DNA of 63,530 bases, counting the filler, from Licmophora abbreviata (Eukaryota), in NCBI GenBank assembly GCA_900291995.1. It is 15 parts of 15 records of this genome, joined end to end, with 100 filler letters (N's around TTAATTAATTAA, not from the genome) between each part and the next. Parts side by side here need not be neighbours in the genome. Positions count along the whole stretch, not along the records: positions 20,563 to 24,587 come from OLMU01000311.1; positions 24,688 to 27,239 come from OLMU01000312.1; positions 27,340 to 35,679 come from OLMU01000313.1; positions 35,780 to 40,082 come from OLMU01000314.1; 11 more parts are not named here. One strand, given 5' to 3'. Below, piece by piece: positions 24,080 to 35,915 of the stretch. Under the pieces are notes generated by a model. That model worked only from the letters and a program-made list of their open reading frames with translations. It ran no database searches and was not told the origin of the DNA. A program made the translations under genes and the position numbers. How positions within the stretch are numbered: position 1 is the stretch's first letter; each line of letters begins with the position of its first letter.

Positions 24080-26745
24080 ATGCGGGATCCTGCACCGCTG
24101 TCCGCCATGACGGCATCCACGAGTGAGCATCACGAGTCTACTTCCCCCGGAAACAAAAACATGTACTCCATGCAGATCTTACTGGAAGAGGTGGCGACGC
24201 TTCGAAATCGCGTGCGAGAACTCGAAGACGGTGGGTCGGCAAGTGACATTATCCACGATAAGGCAGATCCCACCGACGACTCGTCTGAAGCGGAAGTTTC
24301 CAGCCTGCGAAAGCAACTTGCAAGGGTGCAAAGTGAGCGAGCTGATCTTGAATTGGACTTTATGAACCAGCTGTCAGTCTTGGCCCGCGAAAAGCAAGAG
24401 TCGGCCGAGGAGTATCAGACCAAGCTTGCGAAGCTGGAACAGCAGGGCAACTATGTCAATGATGAATCCTCGGAACCGGATGGACGTGACGATGTCGTAA
24501 AGCAGCTCCGCGATGACCTTGCTTCGACGGACAAAGAGCTGAAGGTGAATCGACATGAGTTGAAGGACATGGAAGAGCGGGTTGGCANNNNNNNNNNNNN
24601 NNNNNNNNNNNNNNNNNNNNNNNNNNNNNNNTTAATTAATTAANNNNNNNNNNNNNNNNNNNNNNNNNNNNNNNNNNNNNNNNNNNNAAGGTGAATCGAC
24701 ATGAGTTGAAGGACATGGAAGAGCGGGTTGGCACCCTCGAGTACGAGAAACTGACTCTGATCGATGAGATTACCGACACACGGCTCGACTTTGAGAATGA
24801 ATCCAAAATGGTGGCATCGCTGCGCTCGGAGATGGACCAGATGGAGTGTATCTTTGACAAAAAGGTAGAAAAGCTGGAGGCGGATGTCCATGAAAGAGAT
24901 GAGACAATTCGAAAGCTGACCGAGTCGCATGGGGAAATGAACGACGAGGTAGCTGGGCTGGAAGGCCAGAAGGCTCTGCTGTTGGATGAAATCACGAGTC
25001 TGCGTTTGATGATGGATCGGGATGACAAGGTCAAGGCTGGCTTGAGGGACCAGATCGACAAGCAGACGCGTGGCGACTTGTCGCGGGGTGAAACCTTAGC
25101 CTTGCAGCAGACCATTGACGACCTACAAGTCGAACTACAGTCCGCGACGAAAGTCTATATGGATGACGTGGTGAGGTTGGAAGAGATGATAGCCACGCGC
25201 GATGCCAAGGTTGAACAGTCTAAAAAGGTGGTACTGGAGAAGGAACGAGCTCTCTATGGATCTCAGGAGCAAATTGCAAGTATGGAGAGGGACGTGAAGG
25301 CTCTCAAGAAGCAGTTGGAAGCCCAGAAGAAGCTCGTCGCCGACAAAGAGGCTGAGCTTTCTATCATCCGATCTCAACGAAGCTCGAAAAGCGCCATCCC
25401 AGCATTCGTTCCGGCGTCGCCGATGCGGCAACGGGCCCCCGCCACCCCGCCGGCAACGCCTCCCCGGCCCGTTGCAAGACAGAATGCTCATCGCGCCGCC
25501 AGTCCTGTCAGCGAGCGATCGCCGCAAACCAAAGTCGGAGGCCTTGTTGCCCAGTTTGTGAGGAACATATCCGCATCAAGCTCATTTGACGAGCAGTCAG
25601 CATCTTTTCCAGAGCTTCGAGTGGACACCACGACGGAACCGTCACATACTATTCCTGGCCCTCCAAGTCTTCCGCACCAATCCGACCCTACTGCTCGCGA
25701 AGTCGACGATCTGAAGCAGCAGTTGGAGGGCAAGTGCAAGGAAGTCAAAGTATTGACAGACAAACTTGTAGAGCAGTCGGAAACGGTGCGCGAATTGCGC
25801 GCTTCCGTTGCCGCGGCCCCTGCAACTCGCGCCGCCTTGCAGACTGCAGCCAGCAAAGAAAGTCAAAAGGAAATTTCTGCTCTTCAGGCAAACCTTCGTG
25901 AAACGAAGCGGAAGCTTGAGAAAGAGTCGAAGCAAGTGGAGCAGCTCAAAATTGAGATTGTGCAGCTAACGTCTGAGCGAGTGCACTACGAGGAGAAAGC
26001 AATGGACACCTACGAGAAGCGTTCTGTAGGTCTTCGAAAGTCGAACGACGCTGAGGTGAACAGGCTAAAAGTGGAGCTTACAAAGTCACAAGTGAGCAAG
26101 GGTGAAATGGAACATGACTACAAGATCCGCATCAAAGAGCTTGAGGAGGATATTGATGGCATCAACGCCGAGGTGGAACTAGAACTGCAAGAGAAACAAC
26201 GAGAGCTGGATGACATTCAGCGACAGCTTGAGGAACAACGAGAACAGGTGACGCGGCTCCAAACTGAACGAGAACAGCTGTGTATGAGCATGAACAGCAT
26301 GTCGAACTCCCGCAAGGACGAGCTCGATGACCTTCAAGCCGAGCTGATGGAGAAGACGGCCATGGCGGCCGAGTACCAACGCGAACTTCAGTCGATGAAA
26401 ATGCACATTGACGCTCAGGGAGACAGTAAAGCGGAGCTGGAACAACTGAAGTTGAAGGTGCGGGAGCTGGAGACTAACGAGAGAAGCAGCACGATGGCGC
26501 ACATTAGTCGGATTGAGGGGGAGGACTTGCGCAACGAGAACACTGAGCTGAGAGCCAGCGTACGACACCTGACTCATGAAAGACGAGCTCAACAGGAGAA
26601 GCTTAGCGCTCTCCTCGCCGACAAAACCTCCGCAAAGTCCATGAAGGTTCTAAGCACTCGCAACGAAGCTCTTACGAAGGAGGTAGAGAGACTCAATCGA
26701 AAATTGAAACAAGTGGAGTCTACGATCACCCGCGTTGCGCTCTAA
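24080..26745 (+). CDS. Long coiled-coil protein of unknown function; continuous across false gap 24588-24687
   Basis: Heptad-rich E/K/L/Q sequence with a central Pro/Ser linker; 46 nt are duplicated on both sides of the spacer and keep the frame. Confidence 0.8.
24588..24687. other. Artificial spacer between overlapping contig ends
   Basis: 24542-24587 is identical to 24688-24733. Confidence 0.97.
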
Positions 26746-27116
26746 TTTGCAGGTGCAATCTCACCAGGAGAGAGTCAACGCGTTATTTTGCTTTCAGTGC
26801 ATACCAAGAGAATACTGATAGCAACATATTTTAGGGATTCATCAAAGGTTTGGTTGCACTAAGGTAGCTTGTCGACTATAGACCCGTGGATTTTCAATTT
26901 GCATCCGTCATCAATTTCGCCCTTTGGGAAAGCTGCGGTCCGCGCCATAGTTTTTTGCAGTGAGAGCTCGTAGATTAAGCCAATGACGCGACTCCGCCGG
27001 CGTGACCCCGCGGGATGATCGGCGGTGACAATAGCCATGATGATGACTGCGGCTTGAAGCCTCATCGCTCTTCACTCCTTGTGCTCACCCGCATAATCTA
27101 GCATATACACGCCTAC

Positions 27117-28535
27117 ATGGTGGTCCCTGGATCCCCCAAGCGCTCTCGACGCGTCGTTAGCTCCAGAGGAATCGCAGCGACCGCAGCCGCAGTCTCGACG
27201 ATCTTGCTTTTGCTCACGGGCACGACCCTTGTCAAACTCNNNNNNNNNNNNNNNNNNNNNNNNNNNNNNNNNNNNNNNNNNNNTTAATTAATTAANNNNN
27301 NNNNNNNNNNNNNNNNNNNNNNNNNNNNNNNNNNNNNNNTTGTCAAACTCCGCTCGTCGTCGTCACCGCGATGGGTCCACCTCCAGCAGAATCGAAATCC
27401 TCGAGAATTTTGGTTGTACCATGGCCAAGACAAGATAGAATACGGATCCACGATGAAGTATATCAAGAAGAAGCCCACCGGCGTGGACGGAGATATCGAC
27501 AGGACGACCGATCTCAAGCTGACCCGACCGAAAGCCAATGACGGCTTTGGAGCGCTCGAGCCCATGTGGCAATGCCGTGACCCGCACGCGATGGGGGATG
27601 GACGAGTCAACAAGATTCTCTTTGTAAACGCACCAGACATTGCAGAGGCAACGATTTTCCGTGCTGTCCTGGAGGCCTTCTCTCATCATTGCCACGCAGG
27701 AATGGCCATAGTGGGTGGGTGCTCGTCGCTCACACTCCAGTCGATACGGGAGGGAAGCTGGAGGAACGGGAAGGGTAGTCTTGCAGGAGCGACATGTCGT
27801 ATGCGGAAAGTAGTCAAGCGGAATCTGGACGAACTCATTGAACTCGACTTCTTCAACACGACGTTTCTGGAGCAACACGTGGATATCCTGTCGGGGGTTC
27901 CCATTGGAGCAGATGCCTACTGGACCGATGAAGGAGGAACGAACGTAGATGTGCAGTACGTCACCTTCTTTCAAGATCCAGTTCGCGTATATGTCAGTCG
28001 GACTATCGAGAACCTTCGTGGCAAGAAAATGTCGTTCATCAAGACGATCGACAGGATCAAGAAGAACGTGAGGGAGGAACGCAAGTACGGTCAATATTAC
28101 TCGCAGTTCACCTCGTATCTCATCACGCCCGAGCAACACGAACAATTTGACAGGGCAGGCATTATCCCATCCCAACAGTCGACTGCATACTTGGCCATCG
28201 ACAACCTGCTGAAGAACAATGCTCTCATTGGAATCGCCGAACGCGTGCCCGAGTCGGTGGAGCTACTCAAACACGTCCTGGATCGGGCAGGATATTTGGA
28301 CAGCATGTTTGAATACTTTGGATTGAAGAACGCCACAGGAATTTCACGGGCAAAGGTTGTGAAGAACCCCTCATCCAAGTACGTCAAGGAACTGGAGAAG
28401 GATAAAGAATTCATGAATACTCTGCGGGAATACCTAAAATGGGACCAAGAAATCCACGACTTTGCCTTGGATCTTCACAAACGACAATACAAGTGGATCA
28501 AGCAGCAACAAGGTACTGTAGATGAAGAAGGATAA
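27117..28535 (+). CDS. Type II membrane sulfotransferase-like protein; continuous across false gap 27240-27339
   Basis: MVVPGSPKRSRR plus a TM helix left of the gap joins in frame via an 11-nt overlap; YVTFFQDPVRVYVS and LIGIAERVPESVELL resemble Golgi sulfotransferase motifs. Confidence 0.62.
27240..27339. other. Artificial spacer between overlapping contig ends
   Basis: TTGTCAAACTC at 27229-27239 and 27340-27350. Confidence 0.95.
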
Positions 28536-28776
28536 TCGTTTTTGTATAGCAATAGAGTTTCGGTGGAGTCAGTCAAATCGTATGGTCTTCTCTGTCTTCT
28601 TGCCTTCGGCGCGCATCACATAAAATCGGCGCGCATTTCAATTTGATGAGAGATTGATGATGCTTTGTCGGCGTCGACATCTCTCATCACTGATGTGCCT
28701 AGACCCGACGAATGTGTGGCATTCCGGTTATTGACGCGCTATATCGTTACCCTGCCTGATCAACAACGATCCGGCC

Positions 28777-31700
28777 ATGTCGATGATCGCTGATGATAAG
28801 CTCCAAGTACACGGCAGCCGCTCCATGACGTCAAATTCCCCAACAAGAAATGACGACGACGACGACGAGTCCATCGGTTCTGCCGGACCAGCATTCTCCC
28901 ATGAACTGCTTCACCGCCCTCGCAGCTTCCTGACTCATCGTCATGGTACATCCTCGTCCTCCATTCCTACTCAAAATCTGAGTCGCGCGGCGGGCGAGTC
29001 TCTGGCACTCGTGCAAGGAGAAAATTGGCTTCGATTGATGACGATGTCTTCCACCCGGAATGCGATTCTGCAAGATACGCAAGATACGGCGTTTGCCGAC
29101 GTGGAGGACGGTGTACCCTATCCATCGATTGTGTCGATTTCAGACCGAACATATCCCGATGACGACTGTTACATTTGCATTGATGTCGATGGACCCAATG
29201 TGACGGTCAAGGATATGCGCTATGAAACTTTTTCTCATGAGCAGTCGGAACAGAATACTGAGGAAGAGTCCGATGCGCTTCGCGTCCTGATTGCAAGTTC
29301 CGAATCGAAGACGGTGACGTTGAAGGCTCTCCCGAGGCGACAGATGCGATTGCTTAAGCAAGGAGACTATATTGTTACAGGCCGAGACGAAGCATCTGAC
29401 CATGTCTGTCTCGTGTTGGAGTACCATCGGTACATTGGGCCTCCTCCAAAGTCTCAAGCACTGACCGGCCTACCTTCGACTGAACTGATGTCGCCACAAG
29501 CTCCTGAAACGCCGATGGGTACACAAGAGGTGCCAACTCAGATTCCGAGTCCACTTTCCGAACGCGAACAGAAGAATGACGAGGACGATGATTGTGAAAT
29601 AATAGACGAAGGGGATGACGTAGAGAGGAAGGCAGGTGAAGAAAGCGACCAAGACCTCCTATCGCCTGATGCATTGGATTCCTATGGCGACGATGAAGAG
29701 ACTGAGCCCATTATTCCCCAATCGAATATCAGTACCATGACGGACGATGCACACGACGAGTTTGGCATCATGCAGACTGTGAGTCGAAGCAAGGCGGACG
29801 ACGACGACGACAATAGCTCCTCGACTACCTTGGATTCAAGCGATGATATGTTGGGACAGGCGAAGAAGATAGATGACGAAGTGGCTACAGTGGCCGATGA
29901 TGTCGACCCCGAAGCGACGCAGGCATTTGAAATGCCCGATGAGTTGTTGACGACGCAATCTCCTCTCAAGAACGACGATGGGCAGGACTTTCCCAAGGAT
30001 GATGGGCGCGATGAGACGGAAGACGATCCTCAGGATTCGCACTGTGTTGGTGATTCGAACAACATCGGTGTGCACCTTTCTCTTGACGATGTAGCAGCCG
30101 ATGCTCCCCTTCTGTCGTCTTCCGGAGTTCTTTCTGTTGAAAAGAAGCCTGACGACGTTCATCATGCTAATCCTAAGACAGGGGGCGGGACAGAAAACGC
30201 TTGCGAAAACTTTATACCATCTCCAGCGGTACCTCTGCCCTCAAGAGACAGTTCTGATTGTGGGCACGAGACGAAACAACACGCGGTCGTGGCTAATAAA
30301 AACAAGCATCCCGTTGCATTCGTGCCTGCAGCTGAGGCGACTGATTCGGTCACAGCGGAAGATGAACGCGAAAGAATGGAGCCCCTAAGTGTGCATATGA
30401 ACAAGGGTGAAAAGACAACAAACGAGTCGGCGACGGAGGAAAGCAGGGCCCCCAGAGGAGCTCCTGGTGTAGACCCGTCAAATGAAGCCTCTGACCCTGG
30501 TCCTGCGACTCCTTGTGATTCGTCTTCTTTGTCCGAAGCCGCGGAGGAGACGCAAGTTAAAGCAAACGACGATTTGTCGGAGTCTTCGTACTTGACTGAT
30601 CCCCAGCAAAGTCAAGTGCCCAGCTCAGCAGATCGCCAGATTTCTAATTCGGGTCCCATTGTCGTTGCGGCGCCAGATGTGAGAGAGGAACAGTGTTTGC
30701 AGACGGAGGTTGAGAACAATGCTGAATCGGATAAAACTTCCATCGACCAAGACGCTCACCCTTCCGCTGCGATAGCGGAAGCGCTCACCAATGTGGTGGA
30801 CATAGCGCCATGTGCTGTGGAGAAAGTCAAATCCAAGGATGCGGTGCAGTCAGAGGCCGACTTTGTGGAGAAACCATCGACAAAGTTGGACCTGGAAGTC
30901 AACTTGCCATCGGGTGGACCTCGCACTCCGACGGACGATCATTCTTCCCAAAAGGAGAAGACAGTGCCCATCACCGAAAACGAGGATACACGTATGGAAA
31001 ACTCGCAGCACTCTAACGGTGAAGCGAATGGCGGACATGGCGATGAGGAGGCACACGCAAAGACCTCGGCGATCGCCACAGAAAGCGACCCAAAATCAAG
31101 AGCATCTCCGAAGGACGAACCGCCTGAAGACTACGCAACACCGCCGAAGTCGTTGGCGGCTTCGATGGATGGAGAGCTCCCTCTTCTGTCCACTTCGGAT
31201 GCCGTCGAGGGAAAGAAAGTTCAGACTCCCGTGTCGACGAGAGCAAGTGCGCGAAAGCGTACTCGTAATAGCTTGGAGGCAGATTCTTCCGTCAAGCGGT
31301 CGAGGGTCTCCTCAGATGGACTGGGTGATATCCGTGTAATCATGACGGGTGTTGCGGTAACGCCTCAATACAAGAAGGTACTTGGATTGTCAAAGAATGC
31401 TTTGACTTTTTGCTGTCGCTGTCCGAGGTTGCTTACACGTTGGTCCCCGTTCTTGTTCACAGATGGTAAAGACTATTGGAGGGGTTCTTTTAGAACAAGT
31501 GGAGGATGCATCTACAGCTTCGCACGTGATCGCTGGAGACGACGAGACACCCCTACGACGAACGCCCAAACTGATGATCGGCATCTGTCACACATCCAAC
31601 ATTGTTCAAGTCGACTGGCTGGTGCAGTCGGCGAAGGCTCGAACTGCACTACCATGCAAAGAGTTTTTGATGCTCCGTGACAAAGATTTTGAAAAGAAAT

Positions 31701-32059
31701 ATGATTTCTCCATGCGACGCGCGCTGCGTCGTGGTGATGCAATGCGTCAGAACGACAAGACGTTGCTGGGCGGCTACTCCATCTACGTCTGCAAGGGTGT
31801 GACTGGACACAAGGCTCCCCCCGAAAAGGAGTTTAAGCTTATTGTAGAGGGGGCTGGGGGTGAGTGGCTGACATCGGTATCTGAGCTCACTAAGGGGGAA
31901 GCGAAGAAGACCTTGATCATCACAAGCGATCCGCCAGAGAAGAAACAGTTGCACAACCGAGACGTCGCGAAGGCAATCAAGACAGGAGCTCGTAGCTTCG
32001 TGACTTCTTGGTTATTCGATTGCATTATCGCGCAGGAAGTCACTGGGTTAACGAGATGA
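28777..32059 (+). CDS. Tandem-BRCT protein with long acidic disordered region (MDC1/PAXIP1-like); intron 31378-31462
   Basis: RVIMTG, THVIA..LRRTPKLMIGI..TSNIV..DWL..S, LIVEGAGG, SWLFDCIIAQ; basic NLS-like RKRTR. Confidence 0.8.
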
Positions 32060-32353
32060 GTATAGCAAGAATGTTTGGGTGTGTTTTTTTTCACTTATAT
32101 GTTATAGACCAGCCTGGGTGTAGTACTGTGACTGATGGATACCGTTTCTCCGAGTCTTCGGCACGAAACCGCGTTCGAATGTCTGAATTTCGCGGTCGCC
32201 GAAAAAGAGCTCGCCTGCATTCTCCCTCGACGTCATCATCACCCGGGACGACACACACACGACAGGGCCACAGAACCATGACACTGACAACTATGATCAG
32301 GCGGGCAGCTGCGTTCCTGCGAATGGCATCCTCTGTGAAATCGCATCGCCAAC

Positions 32354-33097
32354 ATGTTTGAAGTCTCCTGGGGTGAGATAGCTGTGATGATGGGCCTGTC
32401 CTTGGCCGTGATAGGACGCCGCGATTTGCCCAAGGCGTCTCGCTTCGCCGGCAGCCAGCTTGGACGTGTGGTGGGATTGTTGCAGGGAGCCCGGGCCAAG
32501 GCGGATCGATTTGCACAACAGAATGAGTTAAGGCAGCTGCAGAATGAGTTGCGAGCGGGTCTGCGAGAGTTGGATGCCGTCAAGGCGGAAATAGCTACGA
32601 GTGCATCCGGTTCGATTGTCGGGCGCGGTCTGGGAGCGACTGTAGGCAACGTCAATAAGCAGGCCGCTCAGACAGGAACAGTAGCATCGAGTGGATTCTA
32701 TATGAATTCATCGACAGTTACAGAGTCGGGATCATTTGGTGCGGATACATCATCGAGTGCGGCGTTTCCGAGCACCACAGCATCCCCGTCCGTCGGCGTT
32801 GCGGGTATCCCCACTTCGGGTCCTCAGGGATCACCTGTCCTAGGGCGACAGTTGGCGCCCCGCTCGCAGGCTGTGGCAGCGGTTGCTGAAGAGGAATGGA
32901 AGAAGCGTGGTATCGGTTTTCAGTCGCAGGCCGAATCTACCGAGGAGCCGTCGAGTAGCAAGCTACTTGCGAATCTCTTGCAGCAAACACTTATACACGA
33001 CCAATACGATCGAACAGTTCAAGATCAGCAAGAAGCACTTCAATCGAAGGTAGATCATGTACAAGAACGAGTGCGAAATGAAAGGAAGGAGAAGTAG
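32354..33097 (+). CDS. tatB: TatB-like twin-arginine translocase subunit (probably mitochondrial)
   Basis: N-terminus MFEVSWGEIAVMMGLSLAVIGRRDLPKASRFAG..LGR matches the TatA/B TM-hinge-amphipathic helix pattern; no plastid presequence. Confidence 0.72.
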   Translation: MFEVSWGEIAVMMGLSLAVIGRRDLPKASRFAGSQLGRVVGLLQGARAKADRFAQQNELRQLQNELRAGLRELDAVKAEIATSASGSIVGRGLGATVGNVNKQAAQTGTVASSGFYMNSSTVTESGSFGADTSSSAAFPSTTASPSVGVAGIPTSGPQGSPVLGRQLAPRSQAVAAVAEEEWKKRGIGFQSQAESTEEPSSSKLLANLLQQTLIHDQYDRTVQDQQEALQSKVDHVQERVRNERKEK

Positions 33098-33421
33098 CTT
33101 ATGTGCAACCTATGCCGAGCAGTATATGCTTAAGAGCCTCGCATCTCTTTACTCTTCCGAAGGCGGCGCAGAAATATGAATTGCGAGCTGAAGCTTAGCC
33201 GTGCGAGTACTATTGTAGAAGTGTACCATACTGCCTGCTTTTTGAAATTGGTGTCACATCAAAAACGTTGACGGCAAAGCGGTTAATAGTTTGCACGGGT
33301 ATTCATCGTTCTAACGCGACGCCGCGATCCTAACGCGCCGGTCAGTCAGTCTGTCGCACGATATTTCGATCGCAGAACACAATATTTTCATCGAACACAC
33401 AAGCACATCGTCGCAATCACG

Positions 33422-35386
33422 ATGATGGCAGCGATTACTGATGGAGTCCGTCGAAAGCGGCCACTCTGTCTAGTGTCTTCTCTCGTTTTCATATTATCAA
33501 CATTCAGTGGTGTATGGGGCTATAGTGGGGTTCTTCTGACTTTTGTTGGGGGCGCGGAAAGACGAAATTGCCGTCCTTTGATGGTGGCTGATGGCGCGAC
33601 TGATGAAACAGTGCGGCGGGGGCAGCAAACGATTTTGTGCATGTCAGAGCAGGTTGATTCTTCTGCAGACTCTGTTAAATGCGATTCATCCGATCACGAA
33701 CTCGAACGGGACGATGGCGCGATGGTTGACGACGACCTCCTGCTCCCAGGGCACGATGCGGATGACGGGCTCATCGAAGCGACTGACGTGCTGAATCTCC
33801 TCACCAACTCAAACTCATCGGCTCTGCCAGAGCCAATATCAATGGCTAATCTTGATGCCCTGTTGACTGAGTCGTCCAACATTGCCTACTTCTACCTCCA
33901 AAACGAAATCGGATTGGCCGAAGATGTCATGTGGAAAATTACGTTCGAGGCGGGATCGGTCCTCGGTATGACGGCCAATACGCTGCGACGCAAGATTGAA
34001 CTGTTGAGGCACACAATGGATCTCAGCGACGAGGACATTCGAGCCATATTGGAACGGCACCCCACCATTCTCCACATGAGCGCCGATAAGAATCTAGCTC
34101 CAACGATTCTATTCTTGGTGCGCGCACTTGACCTGAGCAAGGAAGAGTTGCGAGGGATTGTCGTTCGATTTCCAAGTGTTCTATGCTACGCCAAGAGAAA
34201 TCTCAAGTCGAAGCTCAACTTCTTTCTGAAACTCATGGGATATTCTGTGGAGGAATGCCGTTCCTTGTTCGTAGCGGAACCCAGGCTTCTGACCGCGAGC
34301 GTCAAGGCCGGTCTGATCCCTCACATGAGGTTCTTTCTCGGTGATATGGAGATTCCAGTGGAGAAACTACGGTATGTGCATTTCAGAAACCCTGTATCTG
34401 GACAGCTTGTACACGGTGTGGATTCATACGAAACACAACCTTCAACTCACCATCGTTCATCTAATTCTACGTTGTTCGTTTTCAGCACAATCATCCAGAA
34501 GAACCCGAAGCTCATGCTGTATAGTGTGGCGGAGAATCTTGCGCCCAAATTAGTGTTCTTTTTCATAATGGAATTGCAGTTCACGACAAGCCATGTTCAC
34601 CGTCTCTTATTGAGCTATCCGCAGATTCTTGACTACAACCTCGATCGCCACATACGTCCCATGACGAGCTACATGATGGAGGAATTAGGTTTCGGTCCGA
34701 CCGAAGTCCGTCAGATTGTCCTCAAGTTTCCTCGTCTTATGACACACTCGGTTGCGAGGCTCAAACATGTCGTCGGACTGCTGCGCTTCGAACTGGAATT
34801 GGATCCTGCCCATGTGAAACGTGTCTTGTATCAAGCACCACAGGCTGTTGGATTGACGGATGACACTCTGAAGAGTAAGATTGCGTTTCTACGAGACTCG
34901 CTCAAACTGTCGGACAATGAGCTCAGACGCGTCCTAGCGGGCATGCCGACGCTCATTCTGTGCTCGGTGGACCGCAATTTGGCCCCCAAGGTCGACTATC
35001 TCCGCCAAGTGTTTGGACACGATGCGAACGACGAGATGAGGGAGACGATTGTGACTCAGCCCGCGTTGTTAGGATATTCACTAGAGAAACGGATTCGGCC
35101 CCGAATGGAGCAGTTGCTACAAGCGGGAGGGCATCCACGAGGGATCTCCATTGGAATTCCAATGAAGGATCTAGCATTTGATACATGGATAGAAGGGAGG
35201 AAGCTGCGACTGGAGAAGAATCCAGATCTTGAGAGGTTGTCGCGACTAGAAAAGAAGAAGAGGAAAGCTGAGAAGGCCAATGCACTTGAATCTTCCAAAC
35301 CAATCAACAAGCGCGCTGCAAACGTAGATCCCTCCGAACAAGGCGGTCGCGTCGTGCATTGGACACGAGAACGAAATCCACGCTAG
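33422..35386 (+). CDS. mTERF-repeat protein, organelle-targeted; in-frame intron 34372-34485
   Basis: Repeats of about 35 aa of the type P.IL.YS...NL.PK..FL; C-terminal PALLGYSLEKRIRPR. Confidence 0.9.
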   Translation: MMAAITDGVRRKRPLCLVSSLVFILSTFSGVWGYSGVLLTFVGGAERRNCRPLMVADGATDETVRRGQQTILCMSEQVDSSADSVKCDSSDHELERDDGAMVDDDLLLPGHDADDGLIEATDVLNLLTNSNSSALPEPISMANLDALLTESSNIAYFYLQNEIGLAEDVMWKITFEAGSVLGMTANTLRRKIELLRHTMDLSDEDIRAILERHPTILHMSADKNLAPTILFLVRALDLSKEELRGIVVRFPSVLCYAKRNLKSKLNFFLKLMGYSVEECRSLFVAEPRLLTASVKAGLIPHMRFFLGDMEIPVEKLRYVHFRNPVSGQLVHGVDSYETQPSTHHRSSNSTLFVFSTIIQKNPKLMLYSVAENLAPKLVFFFIMELQFTTSHVHRLLLSYPQILDYNLDRHIRPMTSYMMEELGFGPTEVRQIVLKFPRLMTHSVARLKHVVGLLRFELELDPAHVKRVLYQAPQAVGLTDDTLKSKIAFLRDSLKLSDNELRRVLAGMPTLILCSVDRNLAPKVDYLRQVFGHDANDEMRETIVTQPALLGYSLEKRIRPRMEQLLQAGGHPRGISIGIPMKDLAFDTWIEGRKLRLEKNPDLERLSRLEKKKRKAEKANALESSKPINKRAANVDPSEQGGRVVHWTRERNPR

Positions 35387-35679
35387 ATGTTACGACGGTC
35401 CAACTGCATTCAATTATTACGAACACAACCACTGGCCTCCTCAATGCTGCATACGCGCTACTTCGATTCGTGGCATCTGTCCGTTATCTATTCAATGTAC
35501 ACTTAAAGTTGAATGCAATAGTACAGTGGAGAAAAAATGCTCCATCAGGCATGCATTCTCGTCTTCTAGAAGCAATCACTAGTTAGAGTTCATCGCCGCT
35601 GGAGCTCATTGCATTGCATCAACAGCCTTGTACGATTTCAACATTCGTGCAAAATGCAGTTTAAAAAATATTTATTCAT

Positions 35680-35779
35680 NNNNNNNNNNNNNNNNNNNNN
35701 NNNNNNNNNNNNNNNNNNNNNNNTTAATTAATTAANNNNNNNNNNNNNNNNNNNNNNNNNNNNNNNNNNNNNNNNNNNN
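35680..35779. other. Artificial scaffold spacer
   Basis: 44N-TTAATTAATTAA-44N. Confidence 0.98.
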
Positions 35780-35915
35780 CTCCTTTCACAATATTGTCAG
35801 GAATTCAAACAGAACGCTCACAAAATAGACACAAAACCATAGACGGCTCGTGACATAAAATCATTGCAATGCAAATCATCACTGCAAGAACGACAGCGAC
35901 GGTAGTATTCTCGTA

